Part shown: piece after piece, positions 42,611 through 50,942 of the stretch
How the letters are laid out: the number at the start of each line of letters is the position of its first letter
Position numbering within the stretch: the stretch's first letter is position 1
Assembly (NCBI GenBank): GCA_965224705.1
Contig: OZ245056.1
Location: 960,001 to 1,024,000 of the forward strand
DNA length: 64,000 bases
Reading direction: 5' to 3'
Origin: Spirochaetaceae bacterium
GTDB taxonomy: Bacteria > Spirochaetota > Spirochaetia > DSM-2461
Made by a program: the position numbers and the translations under genes
The notes under the pieces: model-generated
What the model was told of the DNA's origin: nothing
The model's input: only the letters and a program-made list of their open reading frames with translations
Database searches by the model: none

Positions 42611-43477
42611 ATGGAATCAACCAGACCGTTCGATCCGCTGTCTGACTTGTTTGCCCGTGCCCTTCTGGGCGATAAAAAAAACACCAGCCTGCTGGCGAAT
42701 TTCATCAATGCGTTTTTAACCCCAAAGGGATTAAGTCCGGTTATCAGCGTCGAGATACTTAACCCCTACAACCTGAAAGAGTACTTCAACGACAAGGAAA
42801 CCATACTGGATGTCAAGGCAAGAGACAGTCACAAGCGCATTATCGACATAGAAATACAAATTTCCACCGGCGAGTATTTTGCCAATCGCAGTCTGCTCTA
42901 CTGGGCAAAGAACTACCAGAGCCAATTGAAGAAATCCGATGTGTACACCATGCTCAATCCGGTTATTTGCATCAATCTGGTTGGCACACCCATTTTTCCG
43001 CAGTTGGAGGAGTATTACACCTGCTTTCACATTACGGAAAAGGACAATCCAGAGCTGGTGTTGACGGATCATCTGTGCATCATGTTTATGGAGCTGTCGA
43101 AGATGACCTTTCCCAACAAAGACAACTTGACTTTTAGGAGCGACTTTGAGCGATGGTGCTATTTTTTCAAGTACGAAGGTTACTTAAAGGAGGACGAGAT
43201 GCGAGTGCTATTGGGAGACAACCCGTATATTCAGGAGGCCCATAAACTCTACACCACATTCACCGCCGATCAAGCCATGCTTGACAGGCTGGAAGCCAAA
43301 GAGAAATGGAGAAGGGATTATCTAAGCGGTCTGGATGAATCCTGGAACGATGGCATGGAAAAAGGCATAGAGAAAGGCATAACCCAAACAGTCAAAGACT
43401 TCAAGGCCGCCGGAGTCTCCCTTGACATCATCATCAAGGCCACCGGCCTAAGCGAAGAAGAGCTCAAAAAGCTCTAA
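42611..43477 (+). CDS. Rpn family recombination-promoting nuclease (type B), intact
   Basis: DPLSDLF, ILDVKARD..IIDIEIQ, RSLLYWAKNY. Confidence 0.9.
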   Translation: MESTRPFDPLSDLFARALLGDKKNTSLLANFINAFLTPKGLSPVISVEILNPYNLKEYFNDKETILDVKARDSHKRIIDIEIQISTGEYFANRSLLYWAKNYQSQLKKSDVYTMLNPVICINLVGTPIFPQLEEYYTCFHITEKDNPELVLTDHLCIMFMELSKMTFPNKDNLTFRSDFERWCYFFKYEGYLKEDEMRVLLGDNPYIQEAHKLYTTFTADQAMLDRLEAKEKWRRDYLSGLDESWNDGMEKGIEKGITQTVKDFKAAGVSLDIIIKATGLSEEELKKL

Positions 43478-44072
43478 CAGAAACAAGCCTCCCCAAGCGA
43501 AAGCCCCCAAGCCCCCTGCATCCGACAGCCCCACCTCCGTGCCCTCCGTGCCTCCGTGAGAAACACCAAAAAAAACTCATTTTGATCCCCCAGAACCATT
43601 ATTCTCATTTTACCGGGAACCCTGGAAAGGAAACCAGCAAATTTTCGTGTTTTTCGTGCCTTTCGTGGTAAGAAATCCTCTCAATTGGCTTCCTGCCTTT
43701 TTTATCAACCACGAACCACACGAAAAGCACGAAAGAATTTCATCAATTATTCCTTATACAGTAACCCTATTCCATCAGATGAAGGTAATTACTCACCAAT
43801 CTTTTATCCCATATTTCTCTGCGTATCTCCGCGCTCTCTGCGGTTTTACCCTATTCATGGTTTTTTAACCGCAGAGAGCGCAGAGTGTTCAAGATAATTA
43901 TTCACCTCACAACGATAACAAAAAGTTGACAAGCTCCTATTATTGAAGAAAACTCCATTCGATCCCTAAAAATCAGTGTTTTTATTTTCTCTGGGATAGA
44001 ATTAGATGCGATTGCCCTGATGACCCTATGCACAGCCCTAAACACTTCCCAAAAATCATGCTACTTTAACAC

Positions 44073-44894
44073 ATGATACCCCTGCCCAAATCATTACCAA
44101 AAGTCCAAATCTCCCTGGACACCTTCTTCAAGAGACAGGCAAGGGAGTTTTTTAGCTCTTGCGGATACCTGGTTGAAACGGAACATGAAATGCTTAAAAG
44201 CCCCAAGAGGCTGGATGTCCTCCTTATCAAACAAAACACCGCCAGTGTAGAATTCGACATATTCCACTACTTCGCTCCGTACAATCTGGTCAGCTACAAA
44301 TCATACGGCGATGCCGTAAGAACACAGGACATTTACGACCTCTCCATATACACAAACCTCTATCTGCGAGAAAACCCCAAAGCCAACTACAGCAACACAA
44401 CCATCACACTCATCTGCTCCAGAACCCCGAGGAAATTCATCCGGGAACACAAAGAGTATTTCACCGAGACATGTCCCGGCCACTTCATCGGCAACTATGG
44501 GATGTACAGAATTCACATCATCAACATTGAAACCATCCAATTATCGGGGCCTGACGGCATATTTCTATCCGAATTCTGTCGGAATATCGACCGCTTATCC
44601 GACCAGACCGAAATCAAGGAGTCCGGTTTCCCTAAACAGATTATTGACAAACTGCTTAAGGGCATTATAATGAGACTATCAATCTTTGAGGGTAAGGAGG
44701 ACAATATGGTACCTGTTGCCGATGTAACCGAACTGATGAGGCCTCAACTTGAAAAGGCCTGGGATGACGGAATGGAAGAAGGCCGAAATGAGGAAAAAAC
44801 CCAAACAGCCAGGCGCTTAAAAGCCGCCGGAGTTTCTATTGATATCATCATCAAGGCCACCGGCCTAAGCGAAGAAGAGCTCAAAAAGCTCTAA
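44073..44894 (+). CDS. Type-C Rpn-like protein (copy 4)
   Basis: Body has the same amino acid sequence as 39937..40758; tail differs. Confidence 0.7.
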   Translation: MIPLPKSLPKVQISLDTFFKRQAREFFSSCGYLVETEHEMLKSPKRLDVLLIKQNTASVEFDIFHYFAPYNLVSYKSYGDAVRTQDIYDLSIYTNLYLRENPKANYSNTTITLICSRTPRKFIREHKEYFTETCPGHFIGNYGMYRIHIINIETIQLSGPDGIFLSEFCRNIDRLSDQTEIKESGFPKQIIDKLLKGIIMRLSIFEGKEDNMVPVADVTELMRPQLEKAWDDGMEEGRNEEKTQTARRLKAAGVSIDIIIKATGLSEEELKKL

Positions 44895-45399
44895 CAGAAA
44901 CAAGCCTCCCCAAGCCCCCTGCGAAAGCCCCCTACATTCGAGCCACCACCTCCGTGCCCTCCGTGCCTCCGTGAGAAACACCCCTCTCCAAACCTCCCCA
45001 AGCCCCCCTGCGAAAGCCCCTCGACATTCGGGCCATCACCTCCGTGCCCTCCGTGCCTCCGTGAGAAACATCCCAAAAAGCTCATTCCCCCCAGAACCAT
45101 TATCCTCATTTTATCGGGAACAGGATGAGATACGATTGACTTGGTAGAGGGGGTTAATCAGGAACCCTGGAAAGAAAACCACCAAATTTTCGTGCCTTTC
45201 GTGGCAAAAAATCCTCTCAATTGGCTTCCTACCTCTTTTTATGAACCACGAACCACACAAAAATCACGAAAGGATTTCATCAATTATTCCTTATACAGTA
45301 ACCCTATTCCATCAGATGAAGGTAATTACTCACCAATCTTTTTACCCCATATTTCTCTGCGTATCTCCGCGATCTCTGCGGTTTTTTACCTTATTCATG

Positions 45400-45521
45400 G
45401 TTTTTAACCGCAGAGGACGCAGAGAGCGCAGAGGATTTAAGGTAATTATTCATCAAACTTTTACTCCATGTTTGACTTTTAACGTGTTGAAACTAATGTT
45501 CAAACCAACTTGTAAATTTTT
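45400..45521 (-). pseudogene. GxxExxY gene 3'-end remnant
   Basis: Reads LQVGLNISFNTLKVKHGVKSLMNNYLKSSA, matching the C-terminus of 53037..53444. A similar remnant lies at about 38150-38220. Confidence 0.65.
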
Positions 45522-45640
45522 TATTTTATTGATGATGAGGTAATGCACGATGCGACGGCGAAGATTTCCCGTCTCACCGGCCGTTCCACAATAAAAGCCA
45601 GAGAATTACCTGACCTGTAGTCTCTGGAGAATAAAAACAT
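45522..45640 (-). pseudogene. DGR reverse transcriptase remnant
   Basis: Reads SRDYRSGNSLAFIVERPVRREIFA and, after a small deletion, RIVHYLIINK. This matches the DGR-RT N-terminal motif Y.PG.S..FIV..PV.REIFAA.FRDRIVHH and lies directly after TR. Confidence 0.75.
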
Positions 45641-45661
45641 CCTCCTCCCGCTGACTCAGGC

Positions 45662-45802
45662 AAAAACCCTCACTGCACGGACATGTTTATCGTTGTTCTT
45701 GTTGTTGCCGTTCTGGCTGCCATTGTTGAAGTTCTGTTTCCACGCGTTGTTGGAACTGTTCTCTGAAGACGACCAGTAGTTGTTAGACGCGAAACCTCCA
45801 AC
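45662..45802 (-). repeat. DGR template repeat (TR)
   Basis: AAC-rich copy of 47946-48089; by hand alignment 24 of 27 substitutions are at TR adenines. Confidence 0.93.
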
Positions 45803-46016
45803 GGTTATAGCAAAGATGTCATGATAAGCAGGAACGCCCGCTCCCCTTATGCTCCTTTACCGCCGCCAAACAAGACGGCGGTCTCTTTGCCGCTTTTTAC
45901 CTAAGCCTTGCTCGCTCCATGAAGCCATTGCCCCATGGATTCCGGCAGACGTACCTCCAATTTCAGTATCTCAAAATTATCCAGAAATTCCTCCAGATGC
46001 TCCTTTTTATCCATAG

Positions 46017-47701
46017 CCCCTATTTCTCACCAAGACCTTGAGACAAAGCAGGCTTCCCATGCTAAAATATTTACATGAAAAAAAATAACAAACAAAAAGA
46101 AGCCCGCTTTGCTAATACAGAGTGTAAAGCCCATCAGCTCGAATTGCAAGGGATGGAAATCGGAAAATCCCGCAAAATTATTGTAAAGAATGACGGCAAG
46201 GTCAACAGTTCCGATGCCGGATTTCTTCTCCTCCAGCAGGTTGAGCAGAAGCACAGAATTATTGAAAAGCTGTCAGATTTTTTCACCGATAAAAGAGATC
46301 AGGAAAAAATTACACATAGCCTGGCTACTCTTCTGAAACAGAGAATCTTCGGAATCTGTCAGGGCTATGAAGATCTCAATGATCATGAACAATTGCGCGA
46401 AGATCCACTGCTTCAATATATATGTGGGCGGGATGATAAAACGCCAGTTGCCGGAAAGAGCACCCTGAACAGATTGGAACTCGGTCATGAGCTGGATGAA
46501 AAAACCAGGGACCGGTACAGCAAAATCACCTGGGATGCCAGGGGGATTGAAGAGCTTCTCTGTCAACTGTTTCTTGAGAGTTTCGAGGAGCCGCCGGAAA
46601 CCCTGATTCTGGATTTTGATGCCACCGACATTCCCATCCACGGCGAGCAGCAGCAGCGGTTTTTTCACGGATATTACGATCACTACTGCTACCTTCCGCT
46701 CTACGTGTTCTGTGATGATTTTCCCCTGATCGCCCGGCTGCGGCCGTCCAGCCTGGATGCCTGTGAGGGTACCGAAGAGATTCTGGTCAAGCTGGTTGGC
46801 GCGATCAGGGCCAAATTTCCTGATGTTCGTATCATTTTTCGTGGAGACTCGGGCTTCTGCCGTGAGAGTATCCTGAAACAGTGTGAGATATTGAAAGTCA
46901 GATATATCACCGGTATGGCAGGAAATACGAGGCTGCTGAAGAAGATTGATCCGCAGATGGTCAGGGCTGAAAAGCTCTTCGGTAAAAGCAAAGAAGCCGA
47001 ACGTGTTTTTACCCGTTTTTCCTGGAAGACCGAAAGCAGTTGGAGTCGCAATCGGGATGTCATTGCCAGGGTGGAACATCTGCCGGGCAAGAAAAATCCC
47101 CGCTTTATTGTGACGGACATTTCTGCTGAAGAAGGGGATGCCCAATCGCTGTATGAAGATGTCTACTGTGCACGCGGCGATATGGAGAATCGCATCAAAG
47201 AACAGCAGCTTTATCTGTTTGCCGACCGCACCTCCACCTGGTGGATGAGTTCGAATCAGCTTCGATTGTATTTCTCGACAATCGCCTATATTTTCTTTGT
47301 CCATCTTCGAAGAACAATTCTGCAGGTCAGCGGTGATGAAACTCGAAGCATGTCCTCTACAATCCGATTAAGGATGCTTAAAGTTTCGGCCGCTGTAAAG
47401 ATTACGGTTCGCCGAGTCTGGATCAGTCTTCCGGAGAGTTTTCCCTGGTGGGACATCTGGATACGAACATCCCGGGCCATCTGAGCGGTAATAAAAACAG
47501 TTGATAGTTCTCATCTGGATTCCCTGGGGAAGCTGTGCACCGAGGGTTGAAAAAATGCAAAAAAAATCAGAAGAAATCGACTTAAATTGGACGGAAATAA
47601 CAAGGATCAATCAACTGGAAACTTTTTGTTTGATATATTAGCGGAGAGAACAGAAATTCTCCAGGATTTTTATGCAATTTTATGTTGGTGAGAAATAGGG
47701 G
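46017..47701 (+). mobile_element. IS1380 family element, 1685 bp (copy 2)
   Basis: Same TIRs as copy 1; 4-bp TSD ATAG. Confidence 0.95.
46075..47484 (+). CDS. IS1380 family transposase, intact
   Basis: SSDAG, GYEDLND, LDFDATD..HG.Q, RGDSGF, Y.ARG.MENRIKE; 469 aa. Confidence 0.95.
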   Translation: MKKNNKQKEARFANTECKAHQLELQGMEIGKSRKIIVKNDGKVNSSDAGFLLLQQVEQKHRIIEKLSDFFTDKRDQEKITHSLATLLKQRIFGICQGYEDLNDHEQLREDPLLQYICGRDDKTPVAGKSTLNRLELGHELDEKTRDRYSKITWDARGIEELLCQLFLESFEEPPETLILDFDATDIPIHGEQQQRFFHGYYDHYCYLPLYVFCDDFPLIARLRPSSLDACEGTEEILVKLVGAIRAKFPDVRIIFRGDSGFCRESILKQCEILKVRYITGMAGNTRLLKKIDPQMVRAEKLFGKSKEAERVFTRFSWKTESSWSRNRDVIARVEHLPGKKNPRFIVTDISAEEGDAQSLYEDVYCARGDMENRIKEQQLYLFADRTSTWWMSSNQLRLYFSTIAYIFFVHLRRTILQVSGDETRSMSSTIRLRMLKVSAAVKITVRRVWISLPESFPWWDIWIRTSRAI

Positions 47702-47888
47702 ATAGCCTTGTTGGCCCGGTAAATGCTCCGCACCAGTTCTATTCCATCCCGCTTCATATCCTGGCCCAGAGTATACTTGTATTCCCTGGGAAAATCCTTT
47801 GTGACTTCAAATATTTTCAGCACTAACTTGTAGGTGTCCTGATACACCGGCAAACGATAATATAACGCCATAATTTCAAAAAAAATCG

Positions 47889-47922
47889 TGCCTTAGCGGC
47901 AGCCTGCGCTGCCGCTAAGGCA
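47889..47922 (-). promoter_or_regulatory. Perfect 15-bp hairpin downstream of VR (DGR homing hairpin and/or terminator)
   Basis: TGCCTTAGCGGCAGC-4 nt-GCTGCCGCTAAGGCA, 20 nt after the target stop codon. Confidence 0.75.
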
Positions 47923-47942
47923 ATGGTTAAATAGATAAATAG

Positions 47943-49385
47943 TTAAAAAGCCCTCACCGCACGGACATATCCGCCGCCGTACTTGCCGCCGCTGCCGTAC
48001 TGGCTGCCATCGCTGAAGTACTGCCCCCACGCGTCGCTGGAACTGAACTCTGAAGACGACCAGTAGGAGTAAGACGCGAAACCTCCAACAGTATCCTTTT
48101 GTTTATATAACTCATTCAACTCATCTTTGGAAGGGAGAAACCAGTCATCATAGCCGCCAAGTTCAAAGTCATAACAAAGCCGGGCCGCGTAGTTGCCCGA
48201 TCCCAACTTGTTGACAATCTTCTCCGTATTGCTTTTGCCGCTCCCTATGGCCGTGGATGTTCCACCCACTGTAGTTCCATATTCTCCCCATCCGACATCA
48301 CCCTGATCCGATGGGGCCGCCTCCAGATATCGCCAGCCATCGGAATAACTCCCCTTGTCGTAGAAGACGATTCCTCCAGCGGGGCCGGTATCACCAATGG
48401 AATAAACCACTACCTGAATGGATGCAACCCCACTCCAGGCCCCAGACTGTCCATCCCCATCCTTTGCACGCACCTGCCAGTAATGGGTCTGCAAGTTCGT
48501 CAATGCCGATGCTGGCGTGTGGGACGGGTCTGTTTCACTAGCCGATGGTGCGCTGTTCAGCCCCGCCAGGCTGTCGGCTATTCGCACCTCATAGCCTGCC
48601 GCACCCGGTACCGCATCCCAGCTCAGCGTCGGGGTTGTATCCTCAGTGGTACTGCCATCGGCAGGATTCAAGCCGCTGACAGCCCCCCATTCCACCTCCA
48701 GGTTGTGCACATTACTCCAGAACCCAAACTGTCCATCCCCATCCTTTGCCCGCACCTGCCAGTAATGGGTCTGCAAGTTCGTCAATGCCGATGCTGGCGT
48801 GTGGGACGGGTCTGTTTCACTGATCAATGGCGCGCTGTTTAGCCCCGCCGGGCTGTCGGCTATACGCAGTTCATATCCCGCCGCTCCGAGCACCGCGTTC
48901 CACCTGAAGGTCGGTGTGGTATCCGTAGTGGAACTCCCATCGGCGGGATTCAGGCCGCTGATTGTGGTCATGGTGAATTTCCACCCATCTGTCCACTTTC
49001 CCCACTGGCCGCCTTGCTTTGCCCGGCCCCGCCAGTAGTAAACGGTGTTCAGGGAAAGCGGCGCATCGGTCAGCATAATGTTGGCAGCATGGCTGTTCCC
49101 ATCGTAAAGCGTATTCCCAAAATCCACAGAAGAGGCTATCTGCAGGTGGTAGGCTTCCGCCCCCCGTGCTTCGCTAATAATGAAACGCTGAAACACAAGA
49201 CTTCCGCCATCGGTCGGTGTATGCGCCTCCACATCGTCCACACTCTCCACCGTATGATACCCCTGATAATTAACACCATCAGGATCAGCAGGATTATCCC
49301 ACACCCGGCAGCCACCCAGGGTCAACACAACCCCGAGCACCAACAAAAGAGCCCCTAAAACCCGAAATAATACCCAGCCCTTCAT
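47943..49385 (-). CDS. DGR target lipoprotein with FN3/Ig-like repeats and a C-terminal DUF1566/C-type-lectin-fold-like domain
   Basis: Lipobox LGGC; two 94-aa repeats; YSIGDTGPAGGIVFYDKG, DWFLPSKDEL, YWSSSE...VRAVRAF. Confidence 0.9.
   Translation of the reverse strand: MKGWVLFRVLGALLLVLGVVLTLGGCRVWDNPADPDGVNYQGYHTVESVDDVEAHTPTDGGSLVFQRFIISEARGAEAYHLQIASSVDFGNTLYDGNSHAANIMLTDAPLSLNTVYYWRGRAKQGGQWGKWTDGWKFTMTTISGLNPADGSSTTDTTPTFRWNAVLGAAGYELRIADSPAGLNSAPLISETDPSHTPASALTNLQTHYWQVRAKDGDGQFGFWSNVHNLEVEWGAVSGLNPADGSTTEDTTPTLSWDAVPGAAGYEVRIADSLAGLNSAPSASETDPSHTPASALTNLQTHYWQVRAKDGDGQSGAWSGVASIQVVVYSIGDTGPAGGIVFYDKGSYSDGWRYLEAAPSDQGDVGWGEYGTTVGGTSTAIGSGKSNTEKIVNKLGSGNYAARLCYDFELGGYDDWFLPSKDELNELYKQKDTVGGFASYSYWSSSEFSSSDAWGQYFSDGSQYGSGGKYGGGYVRAVRAF
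47946..48089 (-). repeat. DGR variable repeat (VR)
   Basis: Last 48 codons of the target gene; matches TR. Confidence 0.93.
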
Positions 49386-49927
49386 TGCAGATGCTCCTCC
49401 AACCGCTTGATTTCTTCCAGAAGATCGCTGTACTGGGCGGCGAGCTTCTCACGGTTGGGCGTCGTCAGGGCGGATATGCTTCCCGCCCCAGCCAGAGCCA
49501 GTCCCCCTCCCCACAGGGAATAGGTCAAAGCATCGTAGAGTTCCGCCTGCCCGCGATAGCTCTCCGTGTCATTGCTAAGAAGGGCGGACTGGTAATTCTG
49601 ATAGGCCTCATTAGCGGAAACAAAGGTATACACACCGGTACCTATAGCTGCTACGCCCAGGGGAATAGTAATCCAGGCCCAGGCCTTATGCGCCCGGATA
49701 CGCCTGTTCACAGTGTCCAGCTTGCCCTTCAAGTCGGCCTCTTCCCCCCGCAATTCCTCCAACTCGGCCTCCATAACAGCCCGGTAGTTCTTCATCAGTT
49801 CCAGCAGTCTCTCGCTCTGCTCCCCCGATGCCATATCCGCCCCGGCCTGCAGATCGGGAGGCAGCTCCTGGGCGGTAAGTGGAGTTATCGCGCACACCGC
49901 CAGTATAAGCACTGCAATCATCCTCAC
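49382..49927 (-). CDS. Hypothetical exported/membrane coiled-coil protein, coupled to the DGR target
   Basis: Signal peptide, coiled coil, two hydrophobic segments; 4-nt ATGA overlap with the target start. Confidence 0.7.
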   Translation of the reverse strand: MRMIAVLILAVCAITPLTAQELPPDLQAGADMASGEQSERLLELMKNYRAVMEAELEELRGEEADLKGKLDTVNRRIRAHKAWAWITIPLGVAAIGTGVYTFVSANEAYQNYQSALLSNDTESYRGQAELYDALTYSLWGGGLALAGAGSISALTTPNREKLAAQYSDLLEEIKRLEEHLQ

Positions 49928-50080
49928 GGTTTTTCTCCTTTCCTATCCAAATTCCCGTACTAGACCCCATTATAATACTAAAAAACCCTGTCAAGATAGA
50001 AGAGCAGCCTATGTCCCCAGCAGGGCAATCGCATCTCATTCTATCTCAAAAAGCGTTGTGCGGTGAGTAATGACCTTGAT

Positions 50081-50933
50081 CACTCTGCGCTCTCTGCGTC
50101 CTCTGCGGTTAAAAAACCATGAAGGGGGATAAAACCGCAGAGGACGCAGAGTAACGCAGAGAAATATGGGGAATGAACCGCAGAGTAACGCAGAGAAAAA
50201 TAGGGTAAAAGATTGGCGAATAATTATTATGCTCTCTCTGCCGTAAAAAACCATGAATAAGGTAAAACCGCGGAGATACGCAGAGAAACATGGAGTTTTC
50301 TTCAACAGTAGAAGTTTGTCAACTCTTCGTTATCGTTGTGAGATAAATAATGACTTTGATCACTCTGCGCTCTCTGCGTCCTCTGCGGTTAAAAAACCAT
50401 AAAGGGGGATAAAACCGCAGAGGACGCAGAGTAGCGCAGAGAAAAATAGGGTAAAAGATTGGCGAATAATTATTATGCTCTCTCTGCCGTAAAAAACCAT
50501 GAATAAGGTAAAACCGCGGAGATACGCAGAGAAACATGGAGTTTTCTTCAATAGTAGAAGTTTGTCAACTCTTCGTTATCGTTGTGAGATAAATAATGAC
50601 TTTGATCACTCTGCGCTCTCTGCGTCCTCTGCGGTTAAAAAACCATAAAGGGGGATAAAACCGCAGAGGACGCAGAGTAGCGCAGAGAAAAATAGGGTAA
50701 AAGATTGGCGAATAATTATTATGCTCTCTCTGCCGAAAAAACCATGAATAAGGTAAAACCGCGGAGATACGCAGAGAAACATGGAGTTTTCTTCAATAGT
50801 AGAAGTTTGTCAACTCTTCGTTATCGTTGTGAGATAAATAATGACTTTGATCACTCTGCGCTCTCTGCGTCCTCTGCGGTTAAAAACCATGAATAAGGTA
50901 AAAAAACCGCAGAGGTACGCAGAGAACGCGGAG
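50081..50933. repeat. Tandem array of ~245-280-bp hairpin-containing units (about 3.3 copies)
   Basis: Units start at 50081, 50361, 50607 and 50852; each has ctctgcgtcctctgcggtt...aaccgcagagg inverted arms. Confidence 0.9.
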
Positions 50934-50942
50934 GGTTGATTT

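Larger units (their letters stand above)
45901..47871 (-). pseudogene. avd: DGR accessory variability determinant (four-helix bundle), split by IS1380
   Basis: MALYYRLPVYQDTYKL...FPREYKYTLGQDMK...IYRANKA | IS | MDKKEHLEEFLDNFEILKLEVRL, in frame across TSD ATAG; lies between target and TR. Confidence 0.85.

Noticed and set aside
45522..47871. An intact, autonomous DGR
   Set aside because: No RT catalytic (YxDD) region is present in the window and avd is interrupted.
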